Positions 52,814 to 61,634 of a DNA stretch of 64,000 nucleotides are shown here, in pieces. This stretch comes from a virus (Duplodnaviria > Caudoviricetes). Position numbers and translations under genes: made by a program. The notes below the pieces were generated by a model. The model searched no databases and was not told the origin of the DNA. It saw only the letters and a list, made by a program, of their open reading frames with translations. Position 1 is the first letter of the stretch, and each line of letters starts with the position of its first letter. Location: IMG/VR virus record IMGVR_UViG_3300025410_000009; one strand, given 5' to 3'.

Positions 52814-53527
52814 TCATTGAAACAGGTACATGTGACTGGGATGTACTGCTATATAATTGGGGCCCACAAAAGTTTCGTGTGTGAGCATGTAATCTCTAAA
52901 TTCAACACCGTTGGGGCCCAACAAGCCCAATTGATATCCGTATGGTGTCAGTTTGCGATAAGCATCCACCAGTAAAAATCTACTGAGCACATTGGCAAAG
53001 CCGTATTCAAATTGGATAATGCCCACACGGTTGGATGCTATGGTTTCTGCAAACCCGTCAATCACTAGGCCTTCGGCTCCCTCAACATCCAGTTTAAGAA
53101 AGTCAATGCGATCCAGTCTACGACTGTGTGCATATTGGTCACCGGTCATGGTCAGTCCGGTACGCCACTCAAAATTTTCAACTGCCAGTTCAGTTAGGTA
53201 TGTGCTAACTGCATCGAACGTGGTGCAATACTTGATATCTATGGTGCCCTGCTGATCCGATAAACCAAAACCATTGGGTACAATTTTGTTGTCAATGGGA
53301 ATATTGGCCAACAGTTTTCTATAGGTGTCGGGCACAATTTCGAATGTGTGTATTTCAGCGTCGGGATTGAATTCACGTGTCATACGTGTCCATTCGCCAA
53401 TGTTGCTGCCAACATCTAGGACCGTGCCCAACTGTCCTGCCAGCTTACGCATGAGCCAGTCTTCACCGCTTTCTATGAATTCTCGTCTGGCAAATTCTTG
53501 AGTATATGGTTGATTGTAAATGGCCAT
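52814..53527 (-). CDS. FkbM family methyltransferase
   Basis: VLDVGSNIGEW, HTFEIVP, GLSD, IDFLKLDVEGAE and IQFEY. Confidence 0.9.
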   Translation of the reverse strand: MAIYNQPYTQEFARREFIESGEDWLMRKLAGQLGTVLDVGSNIGEWTRMTREFNPDAEIHTFEIVPDTYRKLLANIPIDNKIVPNGFGLSDQQGTIDIKYCTTFDAVSTYLTELAVENFEWRTGLTMTGDQYAHSRRLDRIDFLKLDVEGAEGLVIDGFAETIASNRVGIIQFEYGFANVLSRFLLVDAYRKLTPYGYQLGLLGPNGVEFRDYMLTHETFVGPNYIAVHPSHMYLFQ

Positions 53528-53578
53528 TGCTGCCCTTGATTGATAATAATATTTATTGACCCTGAGACGGGCTGGAAA

Positions 53579-53905
53579 TTAAACGCTGAAACTGGATCCG
53601 CAACCGCATGTGGTTTGAGCATTGGGATTGTTGATGACAAATCTAGAACCCATGATTTCCTCCACATAGTCCACTGTGGCGCCTTGTAGGTATTGCATAC
53701 TCATGGCATCTACTAATATGGTGCAACCGTGTTGCTCAATCACGTAATCGTCTTCGTTGACATCGCTATCAAAAGTAAATCCATAACTGAAACCACTGCA
53801 ACCACCACCTTGCACAAAAGTACGCAATTTCAATGCTGGATCATTTTCTTCAGCTAGCAAATCATTAATTTTTTCACCAGCTGCTTCAGTTAGTATTAGG
53901 TTCAT
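53579..53905 (-). CDS. erpA: A-type Fe-S carrier (ErpA/IscA)
   Basis: [23 protein letters not shown] and [12 protein letters not shown]. Confidence 0.93.
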   Translation of the reverse strand: MNLILTEAAGEKINDLLAEENDPALKLRTFVQGGGCSGFSYGFTFDSDVNEDDYVIEQHGCTILVDAMSMQYLQGATVDYVEEIMGSRFVINNPNAQTTCGCGSSFSV

Positions 53906-53920
53906 AATATTACTTACTCT

Positions 53921-54919
53921 CTAGTGCGGCAGTCCTAATTTTTTAGCTCGAGCTGGACTGGTGTTGACATGTAATGTTGCATGTGGTACTTGGCCGTTCT
54001 TGCCAACCGCAACCAGTTTACCAGGGTCAGCACCAATGCCATAGTTGATGTCGGGCACAGTTTCATCTAGCGATTTTTCGGCGGCTGGTACATAAGCTGG
54101 TATTGCAGTCATACCGCGCATGCTGGCTGCCAGTGCTCGATGATTACCATCAATGATATATCCATCGGCATCTACCACAATGGGTTTATTTTTAATATCA
54201 TGTGTGGGAATTGCATTAACATGCGATCTGTCAATGTCTAGTACACGATCGTACGGATCTTCTGGTTCGTCTTCACTTGCGGGATCAGGTATATGCAACT
54301 GAGTTAGCGGAACTGTGCGAAGTTCCCAGTGAGGGTGAGCCACCACTAGGCTTTTTAAGAAACCACCGCCTTGCTGGTCACTGGGGTGTATACGTTTAAC
54401 ATATTTCCAAACTTCGGCAGCAGTGAACAATTGTTGCGGTTGTTGGTCTTCGCCAATCTTGTCGTATGCTCTACGGTCAGTGAGATGAAACACCATGCCA
54501 TCAACTGGATCTTTTTTGCTGTACAACTCCCAATTGGGCAACAAACGCTTAATCATCTTGGCATATAATTCAATACGACTATCTTCTTTGGCATTGAATG
54601 TGATTTCTTCTACTTTGTCGATGCCGTATTCTTTTAAGAATGCACGGATAATATCTACTGCGGTTGATAACACTTGTGCAGAATTACCTGTACCAGTCTT
54701 TCCAAACAAATCCAAGTCAGCAGGATCGTTTTCATGATCTCTTAATAAGCGAAATTGTATTTCCCACTTTTTGGGATCGCTACCTGTAAAGGCTTGCCAA
54801 AGATATTCTCTGTTGCCTACCTTAAAAAACGCAGAGGCTTCATCATCGCTGCGACGTGCCCACTCCCAGTTTGTTTTACCAGGTTGAAATACTTCGGCAA
54901 TAAATTCACGTGCTCTCAT
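53921..54919 (-). CDS. Modular putative head-packaged protein: unknown domain + ParB/Srx-like domain
   Basis: N-terminus MRAREFIAE. C-terminal PIVVDADGYIIDGNHRALAASMRG (ParB-like). The N-terminal domain is paralogous to a domain in 54916..56871. Confidence 0.65.
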   Translation of the reverse strand: MRAREFIAEVFQPGKTNWEWARRSDDEASAFFKVGNREYLWQAFTGSDPKKWEIQFRLLRDHENDPADLDLFGKTGTGNSAQVLSTAVDIIRAFLKEYGIDKVEEITFNAKEDSRIELYAKMIKRLLPNWELYSKKDPVDGMVFHLTDRRAYDKIGEDQQPQQLFTAAEVWKYVKRIHPSDQQGGGFLKSLVVAHPHWELRTVPLTQLHIPDPASEDEPEDPYDRVLDIDRSHVNAIPTHDIKNKPIVVDADGYIIDGNHRALAASMRGMTAIPAYVPAAEKSLDETVPDINYGIGADPGKLVAVGKNGQVPHATLHVNTSPARAKKLGLPH

Positions 54920-56871
54920 TTTTTATTGGCCTTTGCTCGTCCTGCCTTCATGTTGGCCAACCAGTGCGCCATACGTGCTTTTTCACCTGTGCTGTGTTTA
55001 GCAGTATTTCTTAAACTACTGACTGACGCTTTGGTATTTACACCCATGCGTTTGGCTAGACCCTTGCGTCCAGGATTTTTGCCATCAGCAAAGTTTTCCG
55101 CTACACTCTGTTCCCATACATTTTTACCAGGCTTGTGTTTGTCCCAAAAGCCGGCACCAGCATCAGTCTGTTGACCACTACGACGTATCTTATAACCTTT
55201 GCTCTTTACGTAGTCATACATTGTTTTAGCAATGCCTTGACCTTGATAGCGTTCTTCAACTTCTAGGTCTTGTGGTAGTAGATATTCACCATCAAATGCA
55301 AATAACACATGACCCAACTCACGACCATCGTTACTGGCAACGACATATAGTACTTGGTTATCGTAGTCGTCATCGTCCACATACTCATCATCTTTTTGTA
55401 TTTCCATAGAGATATCTATGCCATTGAAGTTTTCTGAATCTTCTTTTACTTTTTGTTCATTGCGTGTTAGCTTATATCCTGTTTGTTCAGGATAATCTAT
55501 TTTTTTTAAGTTGTAGCCTAACTGTGTAGCATATCTTTGAACTAATCTATCATATAGTTTTGTTCTGCTGCCAGTGGGATCTTCTTCTTTTACTGCGGAG
55601 AAAAATAGAGTATTGGGTTTTTTCTTTTTAATAAATTTACTAATAGCATTTAATACTGTGGCAAATACTCGTTGAGCATCACCTTCTCCGGTGACCGATT
55701 GACTGTTGCTTCTATAAAATTCAACACCCCAATCATTCTCTGACATGTCAGCAAGATTAAACATGATGCTTAGAGGAGTACCGTCTGGTAATTTAGCCAA
55801 TGCATCAACATCGCCGTAATCACTCTTTTCCCATTTAATCGGATAAGGTTTATCAAATGCTTCTTGCAATGAGTCCTCGTCCAAGTTAAATGCTTTCAAG
55901 TTCTTTTCAATTTGTCCAGGACGAACATCTTTTGTAAGACTCATCGAGTAGCGTGGATCGCGAGCCTGTGCCTTGGTGGCAATGACTCCAGATGCTTCTT
56001 GTACGCCATTGATGATCTTGTCCCATTTGGCCTGTAGGGCATTCTTCAAATCCACTGTGGACTTGATACGATTGGCCTGCATGTATTTTATAATTTCTAC
56101 TACACTAGCACGGTCGCTGGAATTGGGTTTACGCCCATTGCTTAGATCTACAGCCAAGTTGTTGTCCTCGTTGGGGCGGCTGTAGTATCTTATATTTTTC
56201 AACAAGCGTTGTGCACGATCACTAAGGTGTTGCACATTGTTCTTGGTCAGCAATTCAATCCAGGGTTTGACATAGTCAGTGGGCTTGCGCGAGTATCCGG
56301 CTGGTGTTGCACCCTTGAGTACATCTTGTGCTTGGCTGAGACTCTTGGCATGACGTGTGTCCAACAAGCGCCAAGCTGCTTCGTCGGTGTATAAAAAGAT
56401 TGGAAAGCCTTGCTGTTTGGCTGACAAGATCAGTTGGCGAGTTTCGGGGCTGCGATATTCATGCTGTTCTTTTAACAACACATGTATGGATTCAATTGCT
56501 TTGTTGGGTATAGTGGGTTCGGTGCTAAACACACGATCTTCGCTCTCTCTAGAACGTGTGCCATCGCTGTGTAACCAAGCACGTTCCCAGTAGTCAATGG
56601 GTTTAACCACATAGTTGTGATTGAACCAATCACCATTCAACTTGAACATGACACCGCTGGATCCCACAAAGCGATGATAGTCACCAGTGACCGATCTAGT
56701 CAAACTCAAAAAGAATGGACGACCTTTGGGTGCATACTGCTCTTCGCTGCGGTTGCCCACAACACTGGCCAATTCAAAGTTACCCGATTTAAGTATTTTT
56801 AATGCAGCTGGGATGGTGGTATAATGAAATAGTACGCTACTGGCACGTTCAAATAAATCGTGTACAAACAT
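54916..56871 (-). CDS. Polyvalent protein: ADP-ribosyltransferase-like + unknown domain + GNAT + basic C-terminal module
   Basis: LFHYT...FLSLTRS...RESEDR (ART-fold H/S/ExE order). GNAT motif A VEERYQGQGIAKTMY. Linkers VQE/A, LQE/A, VKE/D and VAE/N. Confidence 0.6.
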   Translation of the reverse strand: MFVHDLFERASSVLFHYTTIPAALKILKSGNFELASVVGNRSEEQYAPKGRPFFLSLTRSVTGDYHRFVGSSGVMFKLNGDWFNHNYVVKPIDYWERAWLHSDGTRSRESEDRVFSTEPTIPNKAIESIHVLLKEQHEYRSPETRQLILSAKQQGFPIFLYTDEAAWRLLDTRHAKSLSQAQDVLKGATPAGYSRKPTDYVKPWIELLTKNNVQHLSDRAQRLLKNIRYYSRPNEDNNLAVDLSNGRKPNSSDRASVVEIIKYMQANRIKSTVDLKNALQAKWDKIINGVQEASGVIATKAQARDPRYSMSLTKDVRPGQIEKNLKAFNLDEDSLQEAFDKPYPIKWEKSDYGDVDALAKLPDGTPLSIMFNLADMSENDWGVEFYRSNSQSVTGEGDAQRVFATVLNAISKFIKKKKPNTLFFSAVKEEDPTGSRTKLYDRLVQRYATQLGYNLKKIDYPEQTGYKLTRNEQKVKEDSENFNGIDISMEIQKDDEYVDDDDYDNQVLYVVASNDGRELGHVLFAFDGEYLLPQDLEVEERYQGQGIAKTMYDYVKSKGYKIRRSGQQTDAGAGFWDKHKPGKNVWEQSVAENFADGKNPGRKGLAKRMGVNTKASVSSLRNTAKHSTGEKARMAHWLANMKAGRAKANKK

Positions 56872-56880
56872 GGCCAACCT

Positions 56881-57315
56881 TTATTTTAGGCTGGCCTTGA
56901 GCATCCATCCATGTTTGCGATGTGCATCCATGCGTTCAGCCAGGAAGTTGCTGAAACCGTGCTCGCCGGCAGCTTCGGCCAAATCATAAATCATTTTAAG
57001 CACACGCAACATTTTTTCATTGTCGGCCAGTAATTCTGCAATCATGCCCACTTGATCAGGAACTGCAGTTTCGTCTTCGATTGTGGTCAGCATGCTGAAT
57101 CTAGTGTAGCTGGCAGGAACAAATGCTCCCAGTGCACGAATTTTTTCAGCAAAATCGTCGATGCTGTTGTAGACTTCGTCATATATGACTTCTAGTAGTT
57201 TGTGGTACTCGTAGAAGTCGGGTCCTGTGATGTTCCAGTGGAAATTGTGTGCCTTTAGATAAAAACTAAAAGTACTGGCAAATCCAATTTTGGCAGCTTT
57301 TTGTAATTCTTCCAT
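56881..57315 (-). CDS. dps: Dps / ferritin-like DNA-protecting protein
   Basis: KAHNFHWNITGPDF...H..LE..Y......D.FAEKIRALG and H.KH.WMLKA. Confidence 0.93.
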   Translation of the reverse strand: MEELQKAAKIGFASTFSFYLKAHNFHWNITGPDFYEYHKLLEVIYDEVYNSIDDFAEKIRALGAFVPASYTRFSMLTTIEDETAVPDQVGMIAELLADNEKMLRVLKMIYDLAEAAGEHGFSNFLAERMDAHRKHGWMLKASLK

Positions 57316-57320
57316 ATCGA

Positions 57321-57326
57321 TATTTA
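57321..57326 (-). promoter_or_regulatory. Late promoter core TAAATA for dps
   Basis: TAAATA-N5-ATG(57315). Confidence 0.6.
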
Positions 57327-57333
57327 TTCCGGC

Positions 57334-60300
57334 TTACCAAGCACGGCAACTCCAGTAGTTGGCTTTCCATCTTGGTCCGGGATTCTCACAGTGATGTCTA
57401 GCTCTAAAACTTTTTCTATGCTTGGGCAAATGTTTCTTGATGGTCATGTTTTTGTCGCCAAAGTTGACTTTGACAATTTTGCCGTTGGGCTTTTTGACAT
57501 ATACCTTGCTCTTTTTAACATCGCCCTTCATGGGCTTGCCCAGTGGCACTTTGCGTCCATGGTATTCGGCTTCGGTCAGTTCAACACCGTTGTCGGTCAG
57601 CATGTAGGTTGCGGTGTGATCAAATTCTAGCAAGACGCCGTCTTCGTAAGTTTCTAGTACCACGGTTTCAATTTCTTGATCGCCACATTCGATAATGAAG
57701 CCATCGCCCACTTGAATGCTTTCATTGGGCACACAGTTACGGACTTGTCCACCGTTCTTGCCTTTCTTGGTACCGGCAGCATGATGTCCGGGCCAGCATC
57801 GAGTATAACCATTGCTGTCTTTTTCGCCCTTGCGTATCTCGTTGATATTGCCGTGTGTTTGGCACATGCCGCAGTCGGGGCAGGTCATTTCCATTTCAAC
57901 ACTTTCGTTGTGTTTTTTCTTGCCGGCACAGTGAGCTCGTTGACTAAAGCCTTTTGGATGACTGCAATTGATACTGCGTTTGTATTTTTCACTCCAGGCT
58001 TCGCTCATGGGGTGATTCTCATCGCCCAAGAAAGTATCAGCCAGCATCTTGCACACCTTGACAATGTCTTGGTTGCTGGTTTCTTCCACTGTGAAACCAA
58101 AATCATCGTTGGCTTGTGTGGGATCCATGTAGCCACAGTAGACTTTCTTTACTGGACTGGCATCTATTAAATCAGTGCAACTGCCTTGATAGCGATCAGC
58201 CATGGCGCTATCGCAAGGGCTCAATGTTGTGATTATAATACTGCCTTCGGGAATCTCGCCATAACGGTCTTGGTATGCATTGATGGCATTGCGTTCAGCA
58301 TGACTCCACTTGCCGTCAACATTGGTGCTGGTGCGTGCTACCATACGGTGCTCGGGATCCAACACACAGGCAGCGACCATGCCAAATCGTTCTGAGTCAC
58401 GCTGTTGACCCTTTATGACAAGATCACCCAGTTTGACCAAATAACCATCTAGGTGTTTGCGATCGTGGATTTTAGAATCTTCTGAGCCTTCCGCCACACC
58501 TTGCTCAGGAGCATCCATCCAACTTTTTGTTAATTTAATTTGTGACAACGGTATGCGTTTCTTATCAGCAAGTTTCATTGCGTGACTTCTTGCCTCGTCC
58601 TCAGATGAGAAAATCTCTGGCTTATACTTGGTGTCATTGAGGATTTTACCGTTGACCCGAATATACCAATTGCCTCCAGTGCCCTCCGCCACACCTTGCT
58701 CGTTAATTCTTAATTGTTTCTTTGTGTAGGCGATATTACTATCAAAACTTTTTTGACCTTTTTCTTCTGTGTGTTTAGTTATATCTGAATGAATTTGTTT
58801 TCCACCAGCATAAACTCTTACTTGATATCCCCATGGTGTCTTATGTAGTTCATGTGTGTATGGTCCTATTGTTTCTGAGCGAATAACAGATTCTTTTAGT
58901 GAGCCTTCCGCCACACCTTTTTGTTTGTCCCACTCTTTGTCGGTCTTTACATTATATTCTTTTCCACCTGGGCCAATATCACTAACTCTGGCGCCAATTG
59001 GTTTGTTAGTTTTAACTACTGCAGGATTTCTAAATGCACCAGTTGGGGCTCGACGACCACCTTTTTCCCAACTTACTTCTTGATCGCCAAACATGCCGTT
59101 GCCTTCCGCCACACCTTGTCCTTCCTGTAATCCCGGAATAGGATGTAATCCTTTTGGAATTTGACCAGTCCAATGTTGTGATCCTGGTTTTGCTGGCAAA
59201 TCTCGTATGGCATTATCTTCTGCTAAATCACATAGTTTAGTATGATGCAAGAATATAGTGCTACCGCAATCGTAACAAGGATAGTTATCGGTTGGATCTT
59301 CTCCGTCATCGCCCATCGAGAACTCATTCAAAGAGCCTTCCGCCACACCTTTGTCTAATTCCCATATAGTTCTTAGACTACTGCCGCCATGGTCACTGAG
59401 TAATTCATCGATCATTTCGCTTACATGACTTTCTAATTTACCTTGTGCTTCTAGTCCAGCTCGTTCACCTTTGGCTATATAGATGCTGGCAACTTTCTTT
59501 GCATTGGCAAAATCTTTAGAGTCGTAACCCAACTCGTCATTTTCCGCTTCATATTCAGGTATGTATTTTAATATCATTTGACCAATGGCCGGACCTGGAT
59601 CTGCTTTTGCATCTTTGCCTTGTGCAATGTTAGTGATTTGATTTAGATCTTCAATTTGATTTATATTGCCATTTGCGCCCATACCTTGCCATACATTAGT
59701 TTGATACCCTGGCAGGCCAGTAGCCTGAAGACTGCGGTTCATTTCAGAAAAATATTTGTTGATTGCGGCCACGGTTTTAACTATCATAGCAGCCAGTTGT
59801 TTTTGATTGTGAGTGGTAAATTCTTTATTGGTATCAAAATACACATCGGTATAGCCTTGACCTTGTGCGGGCTCGACCAAATCCCAACCGTATTTTTGAC
59901 CAATGACTGTTAGTTGTTGTTCAATTCGATCAGGGGTAAATTTTAAGTATTTTAAGTCTTTTAACAACTGTCCAGGATCGTCAGTGGTGGCAGGCAAAGC
60001 TCGGCCATTTACTGTAGCACCACTTATCTTTTTAGATGGCTTCTCACTGGCATAACTGACTGCAACATATCCACTGACAGGATCGGGAGTGGTCTTTTGA
60101 ATGGCTCCCATCATCTTTTGGAACTTGGGATCATCGGTTGCGGCCTCCGCCACACCTTCACTTTTAGGTTTCTGATGATGCTTCTTCATGTTGATGGCAA
60201 TGGCGGCTTGCTGCGCTGCATTGGCAGCTTCTGAAACTTTAGGCACCAATCTAACAGTGACATCGCCATTGGGGTGACGGTGTGTTTTTTCAACCGAATA

Positions 60301-60993
60301 GCCCATCTTTTTCAATGCTGTTATCTGTTTGGCCACGTACGGACTTTTGCCAGTGACAACTTTGACTCCGTCTGTGGCAGCTTCGGAGACACTTTCTGTG
60401 TATGGTGACAGTGCTTGTTTGGCTCTAAAGTTACCGGGTTGTGATGCCAACCAAAGACCTAGGTCGCGCTTTTCAAAGTCGGTCAATCTACCACCGCTGT
60501 TGAACTTGTTTAACAGCACTTGGAAGTAGGGATTTTGTATACCTTTTTGTCTACGTGCAATTTCCAAACGATCAGCATAGGCGTCACGTGGTACAGGTTT
60601 AACTGGAGGTTTTTTATTGGTCATGAAACCCAGCACACCTTCATCAACATCAGACTCACCGCGAGCAATTAGTCTTTTTAATTCTTGCATTTGTTTGTCA
60701 ATGCTGTGATTTTGACTCCATACACTATGGTCGTCGCTGTATTGATAATTTTTATCAAAGCCAAGCTCTAATTGTGCTAGTTTTTGTTTGGCAGCAGCAA
60801 CTTGTTCTGCACTTGGTTTAGGCACCGGTGCATTTGCTGCTGCTTGACGTTGTGCCAGCTGTGCTTCGCGATCGGCCTTTAATTCAGCCCAAGTACGTGA
60901 CTTGCCTGAATAGCCTTTTGCACGTAAAATTGCCGCAAAATCGTCTTCAAGACTTTCCGACATACTTTGTTGGAATAAGTTATATAAGTTCAT
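57334..60993 (-). CDS. 1219-aa modular polyprotein with GVAEG linkers, Zn-deaminase domain and small basic/Cys modules
   Basis: Six GVAE(G/A) linkers. Deaminase HAE...TLSPC...C. Modules WSEKYKRSINCSHPKGFSQRAHC, CPDCGMC and CWPGH...NCVPNE, and C-terminal VKVNFGD...RKSFRARH.C...YWSCRAW. Confidence 0.8.
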   Translation of the reverse strand: MNLYNLFQQSMSESLEDDFAAILRAKGYSGKSRTWAELKADREAQLAQRQAAANAPVPKPSAEQVAAAKQKLAQLELGFDKNYQYSDDHSVWSQNHSIDKQMQELKRLIARGESDVDEGVLGFMTNKKPPVKPVPRDAYADRLEIARRQKGIQNPYFQVLLNKFNSGGRLTDFEKRDLGLWLASQPGNFRAKQALSPYTESVSEAATDGVKVVTGKSPYVAKQITALKKMGYSVEKTHRHPNGDVTVRLVPKVSEAANAAQQAAIAINMKKHHQKPKSEGVAEAATDDPKFQKMMGAIQKTTPDPVSGYVAVSYASEKPSKKISGATVNGRALPATTDDPGQLLKDLKYLKFTPDRIEQQLTVIGQKYGWDLVEPAQGQGYTDVYFDTNKEFTTHNQKQLAAMIVKTVAAINKYFSEMNRSLQATGLPGYQTNVWQGMGANGNINQIEDLNQITNIAQGKDAKADPGPAIGQMILKYIPEYEAENDELGYDSKDFANAKKVASIYIAKGERAGLEAQGKLESHVSEMIDELLSDHGGSSLRTIWELDKGVAEGSLNEFSMGDDGEDPTDNYPCYDCGSTIFLHHTKLCDLAEDNAIRDLPAKPGSQHWTGQIPKGLHPIPGLQEGQGVAEGNGMFGDQEVSWEKGGRRAPTGAFRNPAVVKTNKPIGARVSDIGPGGKEYNVKTDKEWDKQKGVAEGSLKESVIRSETIGPYTHELHKTPWGYQVRVYAGGKQIHSDITKHTEEKGQKSFDSNIAYTKKQLRINEQGVAEGTGGNWYIRVNGKILNDTKYKPEIFSSEDEARSHAMKLADKKRIPLSQIKLTKSWMDAPEQGVAEGSEDSKIHDRKHLDGYLVKLGDLVIKGQQRDSERFGMVAACVLDPEHRMVARTSTNVDGKWSHAERNAINAYQDRYGEIPEGSIIITTLSPCDSAMADRYQGSCTDLIDASPVKKVYCGYMDPTQANDDFGFTVEETSNQDIVKVCKMLADTFLGDENHPMSEAWSEKYKRSINCSHPKGFSQRAHCAGKKKHNESVEMEMTCPDCGMCQTHGNINEIRKGEKDSNGYTRCWPGHHAAGTKKGKNGGQVRNCVPNESIQVGDGFIIECGDQEIETVVLETYEDGVLLEFDHTATYMLTDNGVELTEAEYHGRKVPLGKPMKGDVKKSKVYVKKPNGKIVKVNFGDKNMTIKKHLPKHRKSFRARHHCENPGPRWKANYWSCRAW
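58484..60157 (-). repeat. Six dispersed in-frame direct repeats, core TCCGCCACACCT on + (GGT GTG GCG GA on -; encodes G-V-A-E)
   Basis: Cores start at + positions 58490, 58685, 58907, 59105, 59339 and 60146. Spacings are 195, 222, 198, 234 and 807 nt, all multiples of 3. Codons are identical in every copy. Confidence 0.92.
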
Positions 60994-61634
60994 TGTATTG
61001 TGGCCAGTTGTTGTCTTAGAGTATTCAATGCTTTGTTGTAAGCATTAATTTGATCTTGTATGGCTTTACGACGATCGGCTTTTTGTTGTTGAGCATCTGC
61101 AGCATTGGCAGCTGGTGTTGTATCAGTGGTTCCTGCTGCTGGTGGTGTTGTACCAGGTGCGGCTGGTGCACCGGGCAATGCCATACCAGTTACATCATCT
61201 TCAGATACATTTTTAGCAAACTGTGCCATATGGCGTAGGTGTGCATTTTTGCTATGGCTGGCTTTTTCCAATTTACCTTTAGGGATTTTTTCGCCCTGTG
61301 CCACGTGTAGTGCTTTGTGCAAGTCACCTTTGTTGGCTGGATTGACAGCTCGTTGAATCCATTTGTCAGTCTCTTCAACTTTTTCTTTTTCTTTTTCTTC
61401 TTTTTCCTTGGCTTGGATATCTTTCATGTCTTGATATCGCTTGGCCAATTTATCTTCAAGGTTGATTTCTTCGCCCACCAAACGATCATGGAATGGATGT
61501 TGTTTACCACGACTGACTGCTCGGTCAGTGCCGCGTACTTGGTCGCCGGGCTTTTGCTCGGGTTCACCAGCAAATTTAATTTTGTTACTTTCCATCAAGG
61601 TCAGTAGTTTGATCATGTCGCTGTTGTGACTCAT
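60990..61634 (-). CDS. Modular hypothetical protein (basic KWIQ...HKALHV...EKIP module; Ala/Pro/Thr linker)
   Basis: 214-aa ORF with LME/S, VGE/E, VEE/T and VSE/D linkers. Confidence 0.65.
   Translation of the reverse strand: MSHNSDMIKLLTLMESNKIKFAGEPEQKPGDQVRGTDRAVSRGKQHPFHDRLVGEEINLEDKLAKRYQDMKDIQAKEKEEKEKEKVEETDKWIQRAVNPANKGDLHKALHVAQGEKIPKGKLEKASHSKNAHLRHMAQFAKNVSEDDVTGMALPGAPAAPGTTPPAAGTTDTTPAANAADAQQQKADRRKAIQDQINAYNKALNTLRQQLATIQ

Noticed and set aside
58484-60157. GVAEG repeats as a CRISPR array
   Set aside because: Spacers are 195-807 nt, variable and in-frame coding. The repeat core is only about 12-19 nt, and no cas genes are seen.
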